A stretch of 64,000 nt of DNA from Caldisericota bacterium (GTDB lineage Bacteria > Caldisericota > JANLFM01), in contig JANLFM010000006.1 of assembly GCA_024655865.1 (NCBI GenBank), forward strand, positions 16,183-80,182, given 5' to 3'. Below, in pieces: positions 18,322-28,230 of this stretch. The translations under genes were made by a program, and so were the position numbers. Numbering within the stretch: the stretch's first letter is position 1; each line of letters starts with the position of its first letter. The notes under the pieces were generated by a model that was given only the letters and a program-made list of their open reading frames with translations, ran no database searches and was not told the DNA's origin.

Positions 18322-18843
18322 TTATTTTTGAAGGAGAATTTCTCTTAAGAAGGAGACTATTTTGGGGATAGCTCTTCTTACCTGGGGCGAGAGCTCCAGG
18401 GAAAACTCGATGCCTGCAGGCTTTAAGAGCAAGAATTTCACTTGAGCAGAGGAGCCCTTTTTGACCTCCTCCGCAAGTAACTTCAGGGGGAACCGGTGCG
18501 AAAAAAGGGGTTCATCCGGAAGTTCCTCCGGGTCAAAAAATTCCCAATTTCCGGAGGAACCAGGGATATCCCCCGCATCGCAGATGAGCACTGCTTCGGG
18601 ATTCAAGCGCAGAATCGGGGAAAGGAAGCTTTCTGGGGCGCTTTCTCCCCAAAATAGGTGGACGCCCTCGGGAATTGATTTCTTGAGCGCAGAAAGCAAA
18701 TAGAAAGCCCAGCCATCGTCCCCGCGCAGAGTTGAACCAGCCCCTAAGATCACCAGGGGGCGCTTTTTGAAGAAATCCTCAATACTGGAAGGCGAAAACT
18801 TACTCTTTTTGATTTTCCTTTCCGGTTTCTTCTGAAGAGGCAT
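18322..18843 (-). CDS. hycI: Hydrogenase maturation endopeptidase (HycI family)
   Basis: LGAGSTLRGDDG, APE, DA and SH motifs; last gene of the group 4 hydrogenase operon. Confidence 0.88.
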   Translation of the reverse strand: MPLQKKPERKIKKSKFSPSSIEDFFKKRPLVILGAGSTLRGDDGWAFYLLSALKKSIPEGVHLFWGESAPESFLSPILRLNPEAVLICDAGDIPGSSGNWEFFDPEELPDEPLFSHRFPLKLLAEEVKKGSSAQVKFLLLKPAGIEFSLELSPQVRRAIPKIVSFLREILLQK

Positions 18844-19216
18844 CCTCCTTGGGTTTCGGAGGTACTCCCTCTTTGCGGTCGATAAGTTGTGCTCTCTGGA
18901 AGGTGGCTAATTCAAAGATCTGACTCATGGTGATCGCCTTCCGGGGACAACTGTCCGCACACTGACCGCAATAAATGCACCGGTCCAGGGAGAAGGTGCA
19001 GGCGAAGGTCTTTTCCGCAATCTTTTCAATGGTAATTACTCCAGAGGGACAATCCCTCTCGCAGATCTTGCAGCCTACACACTTTTCCGGATCAAACACC
19101 GGACGACCACGGAAGTTTGGGGGGACAGGAAGGCGCTCTTTAGGATAGAGAACGGTAGCTGGTTTGCGGCCTAAATTTTTTGTGATTTCACGCCAGATAG
19201 CACCGGGACGAGTCAC
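18800..19216 (-). CDS. Group 4 hydrogenase 2x[4Fe-4S] subunit (NuoI/EchF/MbhN-like)
   Basis: CVGCKICERDCP and CIYCGQCADSCP. Confidence 0.92.
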   Translation of the reverse strand: MTRPGAIWREITKNLGRKPATVLYPKERLPVPPNFRGRPVFDPEKCVGCKICERDCPSGVITIEKIAEKTFACTFSLDRCIYCGQCADSCPRKAITMSQIFELATFQRAQLIDRKEGVPPKPKEDASSEETGKENQKE

Positions 19217-20172
19217 AGGATACCTCCTTTCTGGAAGAGAACCACAAGCAACATCCCCAGGAGGCTCAAAGGCGCCAGGATCTTCCAGCCAAAACTGATC
19301 ATCTGGTCAATGCGGATTCTGGCCACTGCAGCTTTGATGTAGGCCAAAATAAAGATCACGATTAAGGTCTTGATCAGGTAAGCGATAAAACCAGGGATTC
19401 CTAAAAATGACTGCGCACCGCCCAGGAAAACGGCGGAAAGCAGGGAAGCACCCACAACCATTTCCATGTCCAAAGAGAGCCTGAAGATAGCCAGGAGTCT
19501 TCCGGAATATTCCGTGAATGGCCCGGCGACCAGCTCAGTTTCCGCATCAGGGATATCGAACGGCTTGCGCTCCAATTTCCCCTGGAGGGCTATGATTCCC
19601 ACGATGAAAGCTAAAATTACCGGAATGAAGTAGAAGGGGTGAGCGAACAAAAAGGATGGCAGGTTCTGGGAGATCTCCGAGATGTTCCAGGTTCCCAAAA
19701 GCAAAGCAGGGGTGAGGAGAGCCAGGAAAAAAGGAACCTCATAAGCGAATAGCTGAGTGAGGCACCTGATTCCCCCCAGGATACTGTAGGCCGTCGCAGA
19801 ATTCCATCCTGAAAGGGAAAGCACCAAGGTGGGGATAGTCAAAAGGTAAGCCACGATTACCAAGTCCCCCTGATAAGAGTATAGGGCCTGGGGAGACCAG
19901 ACCGGAATAAAGAAAAAGGCCGTCACCACGCTGGCGAAGGCGAAATAGGGAAGGAGGGTGTAGAGGTAGTACCCAGCGGAACGGGGAACGATCACCTCCT
20001 TGGAAAAGAGCTTGATCAAGTCGGCCAGGGGTTGCCAGTAAGGAGGCCCCACTCTGTTCTGCATACGGGCATATAATTTGCGATCCAGCCATTCCGCGAA
20101 AATGGCATAAATTACCAGGAACAGGAACCCCGGAAATATTAAAAGTTGAAGGACAAAAAGCAGTTCGTTCAT
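19213..20172 (-). CDS. Group 4 hydrogenase membrane subunit (NuoH/EchB/MbhM-like)
   Basis: DRKLYARMQNRVGP, QPLADLIKL, PFDIPDAETELVAG and RIRIDQ. Confidence 0.93.
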   Translation of the reverse strand: MNELLFVLQLLIFPGFLFLVIYAIFAEWLDRKLYARMQNRVGPPYWQPLADLIKLFSKEVIVPRSAGYYLYTLLPYFAFASVVTAFFFIPVWSPQALYSYQGDLVIVAYLLTIPTLVLSLSGWNSATAYSILGGIRCLTQLFAYEVPFFLALLTPALLLGTWNISEISQNLPSFLFAHPFYFIPVILAFIVGIIALQGKLERKPFDIPDAETELVAGPFTEYSGRLLAIFRLSLDMEMVVGASLLSAVFLGGAQSFLGIPGFIAYLIKTLIVIFILAYIKAAVARIRIDQMISFGWKILAPLSLLGMLLVVLFQKGGIL

Positions 20173-21344
20173 AGCGGTTTCTTTGCGATACTCCTCCTTC
20201 TCAGTTCTTCCCAGGTGAGAATCTCTCCCTCTTTTTCCCCCGCCTGTTTCAAAAGAATCAGGCGATCAGTGCAGGAAAGGCAGGGGTCGATTGCCGCAAT
20301 AATGATGGGGATGTCAGCTACTTGCTGATTCAAAAGGCAGTGCCTGATGGACATTAAATTTGCCATTGTAGGAGCGCGCACTTTCACCCTGTCCGGCTTC
20401 TCGCTTCCGTTCGCCCGCACGTAGTGGATGCATTCCCCGCGAGGGGCTTCGTAGCGAGATGTGGCTTCTCCTTGAGGAACCTTTCTGGGAACACGCGCGG
20501 TGATGGGACCTTCCGGGAGATTTTTCAGAGCGTATTTAATGATTTTCACGGATTCAAAAATCTCCCCCACCCTGACCAGTGTTCGACCCAGGACGTCACC
20601 TCTCTCAGAAGTAATTACCTGGAAGGGAATCTGGTCATAGGCGGCGTAGGGAAAATCTCTCCTGACATCGTAGTTCACGCCTGAACCTCTGGCAGTGGGA
20701 CCCACGGCGCAATAAGCAATGGCAATGTCCTTAGGGAGATACCCCACTCCGGAGACCCGGGCGATGAACGTGCTTTCCTCCCTGGCCACCTTCTCATAAT
20801 ACAGGGTGCGCTCCTCCAGAATCTTTATTCCCTTGAGGGTCTCGTCGATTTCCTCCTGATTCATATCCTTGCGCACACCGCCGAAGGTGTTCATGCCGTA
20901 GTTGACTCTATTCCCGGTGATGATCTCCAAAAGGTCCATGACGATTTCCCGATCCCTCCAGGAGACCATAAAGAGAGTATCAAATCCAATTTCGTGGCCA
21001 GCGACACCCAGCCAGAGGAGGTGACTGTGGATTCTCTCCAGCTCTCCCACTACGGTGCGCAAAAATTTTGCCCGGGGTGGGACTTCCACGTTCAGGATTT
21101 TTTCCACGGCCTGCACGAAATTAGTGGCATGTGTGTGGGAGCAAATGCCACAAATTCTCTCTATCATGTATAGATCCTGGATGTAGGTTCTTTCCTCAGC
21201 AGCTTTTTCAATTCCCCGGTGGTTATAGCCCATCCGGATGTCGGCGTCCACAATTGTTTCTCCATCCAGGGTAAAGCGGAAATGAATGGGCTCTTTTAAA
21301 AGCGGGTGCTGTGGTCCAATCGGTAAAGTCAATCTTTCACTCAT
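20169..21344 (-). CDS. Group 4 [NiFe]-hydrogenase large subunit
   Basis: L1 ERICGICSHTH and L2 DPCLSCTDR with a cleavable C-terminal extension; GPQHP N-terminus. Confidence 0.95.
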   Translation of the reverse strand: MSERLTLPIGPQHPLLKEPIHFRFTLDGETIVDADIRMGYNHRGIEKAAEERTYIQDLYMIERICGICSHTHATNFVQAVEKILNVEVPPRAKFLRTVVGELERIHSHLLWLGVAGHEIGFDTLFMVSWRDREIVMDLLEIITGNRVNYGMNTFGGVRKDMNQEEIDETLKGIKILEERTLYYEKVAREESTFIARVSGVGYLPKDIAIAYCAVGPTARGSGVNYDVRRDFPYAAYDQIPFQVITSERGDVLGRTLVRVGEIFESVKIIKYALKNLPEGPITARVPRKVPQGEATSRYEAPRGECIHYVRANGSEKPDRVKVRAPTMANLMSIRHCLLNQQVADIPIIIAAIDPCLSCTDRLILLKQAGEKEGEILTWEELRRRSIAKKPL

Positions 21345-21717
21345 TGCTTTTCACCTCCCCTGGTTTGAAATCCTTGCGCAAAGGGTAAACGCCTTCCGGC
21401 CAATGCTCTGGCAAGATCAATCTCCGGCCGTCGATTATGCCCTCGAATTTCACCCCCAAAAGATCCTGGATCTCCCTTTCGTAAAGGATTCCCCCAGGTA
21501 AAACAGGGGTTATAGAGGGGAGAACGGGGTTTTCTTTAGGAACTGAAGTGCGCACGTTCAAATCGCCCTCACTGCCCACAAAGTGGTAGAGGATGTAGTA
21601 ATTATCGCCCTCTTCGTATCCGGAAATCGTGGAAAGAAGACGAAATGCTCCGCTCTTTAAAAACTCCTCCACCCAGTTTCGGATTTCGGAGGAATTGACA
21701 TCAACCCACATGCCCAC
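21337..21717 (-). CDS. NuoC/EchD/MbhK-like subunit
   Basis: PSIT...YEREIQDLLGVKF...YPLRK. Confidence 0.92.
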   Translation of the reverse strand: MGMWVDVNSSEIRNWVEEFLKSGAFRLLSTISGYEEGDNYYILYHFVGSEGDLNVRTSVPKENPVLPSITPVLPGGILYEREIQDLLGVKFEGIIDGRRLILPEHWPEGVYPLRKDFKPGEVKSNE

Positions 21718-21720
21718 TCG

Positions 21721-22149
21721 CTATCCTCCTTTCTTTAGCTTCTCCAATAGCGCGTAAACTCCCTGGATAATGGCATCGGGGCGGGGAGGGCAACCGGGGA
21801 CATAGGCAGTCACGGGAATAACGTCGTCCATCCCTCCCAGGGTGTTGTAACAGCCGCGGAAAACTCCACCCGAGATTGCGCAGGCCCCTACGGCCACAAC
21901 GAATTTAGGATGAGGTATCTGATCGTAAATGCGTTTCAGCCTGCTCTTGATCTGCTCATTTACGGGACCAGTGCAGACAAGGATATCTGCGTGTCTGGGA
22001 GTTCCCTTGAGGAGGATACCGAAGCGCTCTACATCGAAGCGCGGGGTAAGTGCTGCCAGAACCTCTATGTCGCACCCGTTGCACCCACCAGCATTGAAGT
22101 GGATGATCCACGGGGATGCTCTTCTTGACCATTCTACAATCTTGGACAT
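21721..22149 (-). CDS. Group 4 [NiFe]-hydrogenase small subunit (NuoB/EchC-like)
   Basis: GCNGCDIE, VGACAISGG and PGCPPRP. Confidence 0.95.
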   Translation of the reverse strand: MSKIVEWSRRASPWIIHFNAGGCNGCDIEVLAALTPRFDVERFGILLKGTPRHADILVCTGPVNEQIKSRLKRIYDQIPHPKFVVAVGACAISGGVFRGCYNTLGGMDDVIPVTAYVPGCPPRPDAIIQGVYALLEKLKKGG

Positions 22150-22153
22150 TTCT

Positions 22154-22465
22154 TCACCTCAATATTAGAGACAGAAGGGCCAGGACAATTATTCCTGCGT
22201 AAACGAGCCCCACCCAGGCCAGACCGTAGGGGAGAAGCCCCAAAAGTAAAGCCAGGACGTGAAGCACGGTGAAAAAAAGAGCAATGGGAAAGAATACCCG
22301 GTACCCGATGAATTTTTTTTCGCCAGGTATGTCCTCGCCTCCGGCATAGGAAGTAGTAGCTTCCTCGTCGGGAGGAGCCTGGGGGGATATCCTCTTTCCT
22401 CCAAACCCCAAAAGGAGCGCCACGAGGAGGAAGAAAACAAAAGCTAAGGGAGGAACGAAGCTCAT
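22154..22465 (-). CDS. NuoA-like three-TM subunit
   Basis: TM helix, loop YAGGE (equivalent to YECG), then two TM helices. Confidence 0.75.
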   Translation of the reverse strand: MSFVPPLAFVFFLLVALLLGFGGKRISPQAPPDEEATTSYAGGEDIPGEKKFIGYRVFFPIALFFTVLHVLALLLGLLPYGLAWVGLVYAGIIVLALLSLILR

Positions 22466-23923
22466 CTAAAACCCTCCTTTAAGCAAGGAGAAAGCCTGAG
22501 CAACCCAGCTTCTTACGGGATCAGGCTGAACTCCAAGATAGATTGTTAGAAGGCAAAGGATAACCAGAGCGACAGTCATGGCCCAGGGGACTTCCTTTAT
22601 TGCGGGGACCTTTTCCGCCTTTTCCTTGCTGTATAAAACGCCGATTGCCGGGAGATAGTAGCCCAGGGAAAGGACAGAGTTGAAAATAGCCACGAGCGAC
22701 CCAGCCCAGCCCAAAGCGGTGCCGCTCTGAATACCGCTCTGATAGATCAAAAGTTTGCTCATGAATCCCGAGAAGGGGGGCACTCCAGCCAGAGAGAGAG
22801 CGGCGACCGAGAAAGTCAAAGCAGTGACGGGCATTCTCCATCCTGCACCCCTCATATCCTCTAAATAGCCGGAGCTTAGCCGGAAAATCAGGGCTCCGGC
22901 GCAGAGGAAGGCCAGCCCTTTCATGAAGGCGTGAGTGATGATGTGAAACACGCCTCCGGTAAACCCGCTGGCTACGCCGTAGGTGGCTCCCATCCCAATT
23001 CCTAAAAGGATGTAGCCCATCTGCGCGATGGAGGAGTAAGCGAGCATCCGTTTGAGCTGCTTCTGGGTCAGGGCCATGATATTTCCCGCGGTCATTGTCA
23101 GGAGGGCAAACCAGATCAGAATTTCTCCCCAGGGGAGGCTGGCGCCCAGGGAGAGCATTATCCTGAGCATGGTAAAAAGCCCGGTCTGAATAATGATTCC
23201 CGAAAGCATGGCAGAAATTCCCGAGGGAGCTTCAGGGTGAGCGTCGGGAAGCCAGGTATGCAGAGGGAACATAGCCGCTTTGATTCCGAAGCCAATGAGG
23301 AACAGGGTTATGGGCAACCAGATTGAGGCACCGCCAGAAGCGGTGAAGAGATAATTCAGGTCTAAATTGCCGAATTGGGCATAAACCAGGGAGATACCTA
23401 AGAGGATAAAGGCTGATCCGGTAACGGACATAACCATGAACTTGATGCCCGCCTCCACCGGTTCCCATTTGTCCTTACGAAAAGCCACCAGGGCAAAGGA
23501 AGTAATTGAGAGAAGCTCAAAGAACAGGTAAAGGTTGAAGAGGTCATAGGCAAAGGCCAGTCCGATCACCGAAAGGACCATGAGGAGCAAAAGCGGGAAG
23601 AATTTGCTCGTTCCGGTATCCTCCTCCATGTAAACGATGGAGTAAAGGGCCACGACGGTACCCAGGACAAGGCTGACTTCGGCCACAATCCACCCCAGGA
23701 GGTCGATCTGCCAAGAAAGGACGCCAAAAAGTAAAACCTTTTCGCTCGCTCCTGTCATGCGGAAAAGAAGGGAGAAACTAATCAGGCTCCCCAGAAGAGC
23801 AAGAAAAGCGATTACGCCTGAGATCAGCCTCTCCCTGTGACGGAAGAGAACCCCTCCTAAATAGCTGGCGACAGCTCCCAGGACAAGCAAAGAAATTGTG
23901 GTTTCCAGGAAGGATGCACTCAC
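22466..23923 (-). CDS. Antiporter-like subunit (NuoN/MrpD-like)
   Basis: FFEL, EAGIKF, KAAMFPLHTWLPDAH, LAYSS and GVPPFSGFMSK. Confidence 0.92.
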   Translation of the reverse strand: MSASFLETTISLLVLGAVASYLGGVLFRHRERLISGVIAFLALLGSLISFSLLFRMTGASEKVLLFGVLSWQIDLLGWIVAEVSLVLGTVVALYSIVYMEEDTGTSKFFPLLLLMVLSVIGLAFAYDLFNLYLFFELLSITSFALVAFRKDKWEPVEAGIKFMVMSVTGSAFILLGISLVYAQFGNLDLNYLFTASGGASIWLPITLFLIGFGIKAAMFPLHTWLPDAHPEAPSGISAMLSGIIIQTGLFTMLRIMLSLGASLPWGEILIWFALLTMTAGNIMALTQKQLKRMLAYSSIAQMGYILLGIGMGATYGVASGFTGGVFHIITHAFMKGLAFLCAGALIFRLSSGYLEDMRGAGWRMPVTALTFSVAALSLAGVPPFSGFMSKLLIYQSGIQSGTALGWAGSLVAIFNSVLSLGYYLPAIGVLYSKEKAEKVPAIKEVPWAMTVALVILCLLTIYLGVQPDPVRSWVAQAFSLLKGGF

Positions 23924-23925
23924 CT

Positions 23926-25374
23926 TTAGCCTCCTACTTGAATGCCCAGAAGATTAAGAGCGCCCCTCACCAGTTGAAACGCTGGACCGGGGTATATTCC
24001 AAAGATGATCATAATTAAGAGACCGGCTGCCAGGGCCAAAGAGGTATTCCAGGGAGGCCTGATCACCGATCCCTCGTGCTCCTTTTGAAGTGGTCCGAAG
24101 AAGACGAACCTCACCAGGCGCAAGCCGTAAGCTGCCGTGAGCACGGAAGCCACTAATGCCAGGGAGGCGACCAGGTAATTTGATGAAGCAAATCCTCCCG
24201 AGAATGTGAGAAACTCGGGCCAGAATCCCAGAACTGGCGGCGCTCCAAGAAGAGAAAGCATGGCCGCTGAGGCACAGACTGCAGCAAAGGGGTGTCTTTT
24301 GGCCCAGCCCCCCAGCTCGTCCAGGCGCCAGGTAGAGGCACTCTCAGCCACCAATGCCACGGAGGTAAAGAGCACGAGCTTGGTAACCGCCTGGTTCATG
24401 ATGTTGAAAACCGAACCGGAGATTCCTAAAGGGACTAAAGTGGCGAACCCGAAAAGAACATATCCCATCTGGCTCATTGAGGAGTAAGCGATCATCCTCT
24501 TGGCGTTCTTCTCCGCAAGGGCCATCGCTCCTCCGTAGAACATATTCACCAGGCTAGCAATCAAAAAGGGAAGGGATAGTTTTAAGAGGGCTTCCCGGGG
24601 GAAGAAGGGAAGGAACCTGGCGAATCCGTAAATTCCCACCGAGGTCATCATGCCCACGAGGACCAGGGTAACTGGCATGCTGGAAGTAGTGTAAGCATCC
24701 GGAAGCCAGGTGTGGAACGGGAAGATCGCCAGTTTCACGATAAATGCCATGAAGAATAAAGCTGCCATCCAAACGAGGGTGGATACAGGCAACTTGGGTA
24801 GGAGATCCTGAAGCACGAACATGTTCGTAGTACCTAAAGTGGAATAAATCCAAAGAATGGAGGCCAGAGTGAGTACGGCGCCGATATGGGTGATGATGAA
24901 GAACTTCAATCCCGTATAGCGCACCTTTTTGGGGTCCTCGTTCCAGTTTACAACGAGCGCCCAGGCCGGGATAAGCATCGCCTCCCAGAACACGTAAAAC
25001 TGGATCAAATCCCGCGCTAAAGCCACACCCACCGTGCCGAAAAGGACAAGCAGGATCAGGGAGTAGAAGGAAGGGGACCTCTCGTGTTCCAGGGGTTTTC
25101 TCAAAGAGTAGAGAAGGGAGTAAGCGCAGGCAAAAGAAAGCACGATCAGGACAATAGCAGTTAAATAGTCAAAGGAAAGCACCATGGTCACCCCCAGGCC
25201 CAACCCCAGATAAACGGTGAGTTTCTGGGGCAGGAGAAGGAACACGAACAAAAGCTCCAGGAGGGCGGTGACCAAAGCGAGAATCGCTGCAGTTTCCTTT
25301 TTATCTTTTGGGAACAAAAGGACAATCAGCGCCCCCAGAAGGGGAAGAAATTGTAAAACTAAGAGCTCTACCAT
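23926..25374 (-). CDS. Antiporter-like subunit (NuoM-like)
   Basis: FYVFWEAMLIP, KLAIFPFHTWLPDAY and GFWPEF. Confidence 0.92.
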   Translation of the reverse strand: MVELLVLQFLPLLGALIVLLFPKDKKETAAILALVTALLELLFVFLLLPQKLTVYLGLGLGVTMVLSFDYLTAIVLIVLSFACAYSLLYSLRKPLEHERSPSFYSLILLVLFGTVGVALARDLIQFYVFWEAMLIPAWALVVNWNEDPKKVRYTGLKFFIITHIGAVLTLASILWIYSTLGTTNMFVLQDLLPKLPVSTLVWMAALFFMAFIVKLAIFPFHTWLPDAYTTSSMPVTLVLVGMMTSVGIYGFARFLPFFPREALLKLSLPFLIASLVNMFYGGAMALAEKNAKRMIAYSSMSQMGYVLFGFATLVPLGISGSVFNIMNQAVTKLVLFTSVALVAESASTWRLDELGGWAKRHPFAAVCASAAMLSLLGAPPVLGFWPEFLTFSGGFASSNYLVASLALVASVLTAAYGLRLVRFVFFGPLQKEHEGSVIRPPWNTSLALAAGLLIMIIFGIYPGPAFQLVRGALNLLGIQVGG

Positions 25375-27188
25375 AGGATCAACCCCAGAATGATTAGTAA
25401 GGCAACTACAATGTAGAGCAGGTTCCAGTGCAGATCACCGGTTTGCATTTTCCTGCTTGAGATACTCAAGGCCACGCTGCCTTCTCCTGTGGCCCGGTTT
25501 ATCCCCTCCATCACCTTTTCCTCAAAGAAAGTGGAAAGGAGGTTGGAGGTAGCATAAATCTGCTGAGAGAGCCAGCCGTATAAAATATCAAATCCTAAAC
25601 CTACGGAAACTGCTTTGAAGAAGGCGGGAATTTTACCCTTCAGCCAGCCCAGGTTCCTGCGATAGTAAAAGATCAAAAAGCCCAATACGATTACACAGAC
25701 CGTGATCAGGAAAGCTGTGGAGGAAAAGGTCTCCCTCAAAAGCTCCAGCCAGTCAATGTGCGGAGCTTCCAGGCCTGTCCTTATCCAGGAAGTGGTCAAG
25801 GGCCCTACAAGCACCCATGAGACCAGGGAGCCCAGAGCGAGAAGCGTGAGCGGGCCGGTCATCACGACAGGCGCTTCCTTGACGTGAGCGCTGGTTCTTC
25901 TCTTTCCCCAGAACACAACGGCCGTGGTGCGCAGGGAGTAATAAGCAGTAAGGAGAGCGGCCAGCGCAGCGACGATCAAAGGCCCCCAGGAACCAGCGAT
26001 CAGGCCTTCCTCTAAAATCATGTCCTTGGAAAAGAAACCGTTGAGCACGGGGAGCCCCATCAATGCCAGGGCTCCGATCAAGAAGGTGGTTCCGGTTACG
26101 GGCATGAACTTCTGGAGTCCGCCCATCTCCCTGATGTCCCTCGTTTTAAGCTCATGGATCACGGCCCCCGCACAGAGGAAAAGCAGGGCTTTGAAGATAG
26201 CGTGGGAGAAAAGGTGGAACTGGGAGGCGAAAACTCCTCCTACCCCCACAGCGAAAACCATGTAGCCTAATTGGGAGATGGTGGAATAGGCCAGAATGCG
26301 CTTCAGGTCATTATGGAAAGCAGCCAGCAGGGAACCTAAAAGCGCGGTCAGAGCGCCAATCCACTGGATGACTACAAGCCAGGATGGAACGAGGGAAAGA
26401 AGCGGATAAACGCGAGCTAAAAGGTAGACGCCGGCGTTCACCATAGTGGCGGCGTGAATCAAAGCGGAGATCGTGGTGGGAGCTTCCATGGCGTCCGGCA
26501 GCCAGACGTGTAGCGGAAGTTGAGCCGACTTTCCCACTGCTCCCAGGATGAAGCCAAAAGCGATGAAGTTCAGGAGGGGAAGAGCGATCTTGCTGCCTTC
26601 GGCCAGTCCCTGGCTGATGGAGAAAGTCCCTGTGAAGGCATAAATTGTAAGGATGGCAGCTAAAAGCCCGATATCTCCGATCCTGGTCGTGAGGAAAGCT
26701 TTCACTCCTGCTGAGGCTGCTTTGGGATCCTTGTAGAAAAAGCCAATCAGGGCATAGGAGCACACTCCCATTACTTCCCAGAAGAAAAAGAGCGACAGAA
26801 AATTATCGGCCAGGGACATCCCGATCATAGAGGCGATGAAGAGCAAGGTGAGGGAGTAATACCGGGAGAGGTTCTCCTCGTGTTTCATGTAACCCAAGGA
26901 ATAGATCAGAACCAGGAACCCGATCCAGGTGGCGATCAATGCGGGAACAACGGAGAGAGTGTCTAACTGAAATCCAGTCTTTAACACTCCGGGTAGCCAT
27001 TCAAAGGATGCCGCCTGAGCACCGATCTGCCCCAGAAGGAAGAACCCGATCACCGCTGTCACGAGACCCACAAAAACGGAAAATAAAGGCACCGCCCTGG
27101 AAGCGAAGAAGTTAAGCAAAGGAACAAGGGCAGCTCCCGCAAGCGGCACGATCAAAAGCAGGAGGGGGATCATCTCTTTATTCATCAC
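25368..27188 (-). CDS. Antiporter-like subunit (NuoL-like, with lateral helix)
   Basis: KSAQLPLHVWLPDAMEAPT, HAIFKALLF, GFFSKD and a C-terminal helix ending QTG. Confidence 0.93.
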   Translation of the reverse strand: MMNKEMIPLLLLIVPLAGAALVPLLNFFASRAVPLFSVFVGLVTAVIGFFLLGQIGAQAASFEWLPGVLKTGFQLDTLSVVPALIATWIGFLVLIYSLGYMKHEENLSRYYSLTLLFIASMIGMSLADNFLSLFFFWEVMGVCSYALIGFFYKDPKAASAGVKAFLTTRIGDIGLLAAILTIYAFTGTFSISQGLAEGSKIALPLLNFIAFGFILGAVGKSAQLPLHVWLPDAMEAPTTISALIHAATMVNAGVYLLARVYPLLSLVPSWLVVIQWIGALTALLGSLLAAFHNDLKRILAYSTISQLGYMVFAVGVGGVFASQFHLFSHAIFKALLFLCAGAVIHELKTRDIREMGGLQKFMPVTGTTFLIGALALMGLPVLNGFFSKDMILEEGLIAGSWGPLIVAALAALLTAYYSLRTTAVVFWGKRRTSAHVKEAPVVMTGPLTLLALGSLVSWVLVGPLTTSWIRTGLEAPHIDWLELLRETFSSTAFLITVCVIVLGFLIFYYRRNLGWLKGKIPAFFKAVSVGLGFDILYGWLSQQIYATSNLLSTFFEEKVMEGINRATGEGSVALSISSRKMQTGDLHWNLLYIVVALLIILGLILW

Positions 27189-27478
27189 CCTTTCAACCTT
27201 CTCATATCGTCAGTATCAAGCGAGCTCGATTTCTCGTGGAAAGCGTAAACCAGGGCCAGAAATACTGCTACCACCATAACTTCGATAGCAATGGCAATTA
27301 CTGCCAGACTCTGGGTGTAAGATAAGGAGTTGCGCAGGATGCCACTCCAGATCAAGGCAAGCGTAGCGCCTTTGCTCAGGAGTTCCAAACCAATCAGAAT
27401 CTTGATCAGATTGCGCCTGGTAAGCAGGCAGAAGATGCCCAAAGCAAAAAGGGCGAAAACAAAGGGCCAGAGGTTCAT
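27185..27478 (-). CDS. NuoK/MrpC-like subunit
   Basis: RRNLIKILIGLEL...AIEV...LKG. Confidence 0.9.
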   Translation of the reverse strand: MNLWPFVFALFALGIFCLLTRRNLIKILIGLELLSKGATLALIWSGILRNSLSYTQSLAVIAIAIEVMVVAVFLALVYAFHEKSSSLDTDDMRRLKG

Positions 27479-27957
27479 CTCTCTTTACTTTCCCCCTCCT
27501 TTCTCAATAACGCCAGAATGCCTAAGACTGCTGCCAGAATTACCAGAATCTGGGGCAATAAATCAAACAGCCTTACCTTCCAAAGAATTTCGCCCACCTC
27601 TCCCCAGCTGGTTTCAGGGATGATGTCCGCCAGGACTTGAGGCCAGAGCGCCTGGAAAAGAAAAAAGACCAGCGCCGCTAAAGCCAGGGAAAGGGCAAGC
27701 CATAGGGCAGCGCCCGGTTGCTTTTTTTCCTTCCTCTTCTGGAGGAAGGAAATCGTGAGCACCGCGAGCACGGTAATCAATCCTGCACCCACTGAGAGTT
27801 CAAAAGCTCCCGCCACCGGGGAATTAAGCTGGTAGAAAGCTATAGAGAGCAGGGCGGAAACCGTCGCCAGGGAGAGGACGGAAAGCAAGGTATCCCTCAA
27901 AAAGACAGCGAGAAGAGCAAAAAACAGAAGAAAACCTAAAGTGAGATAGATCATCAT
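27475..27957 (-). CDS. NuoJ-like membrane subunit
   Basis: Five TM helices, ELSVGAGL and W..R.FD; first gene of the operon. Confidence 0.8.
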   Translation of the reverse strand: MMIYLTLGFLLFFALLAVFLRDTLLSVLSLATVSALLSIAFYQLNSPVAGAFELSVGAGLITVLAVLTISFLQKRKEKKQPGAALWLALSLALAALVFFLFQALWPQVLADIIPETSWGEVGEILWKVRLFDLLPQILVILAAVLGILALLRKEGESKER

Positions 27958-28131
27958 TCAGGAACCTCTAAAAGATTTTTGTTTCCTTCTTTAATCTTAA
28001 AACGAGATTTCCAGAAAGTGCCGCATATCGTGTTCATCTTCGAGACCTTTTTATTATAAATTGCTTTCAAAACCTGTCAACGTATAGGTTAAGGGGAGCT
28101 TAAAATTTAAATCCCCTTTTTCAATATTTAG

Positions 28132-28140
28132 TGGTATAAT
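28132..28140 (+). promoter_or_regulatory. Extended -10 (TGGTATAAT) in the AT-rich divergent promoter region
   Basis: TGnTATAAT about 90 nt upstream of the kinase ATG. Confidence 0.5.
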
Positions 28141-28230
28141 GGCAGAATAGATCTGGGGAGGGTCCGGTTCTTAATGAATAATTTTAATTTTTTACTGAAG
28201 AATAATTCTAATTAATTTTTTATTTGCCAA

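Noticed and set aside
18800..27957. Respiratory NADH:quinone oxidoreductase (complex I)
   Set aside because: The NuoD-like subunit retains both NiFe-binding CxxC motifs and a dedicated maturation protease follows.
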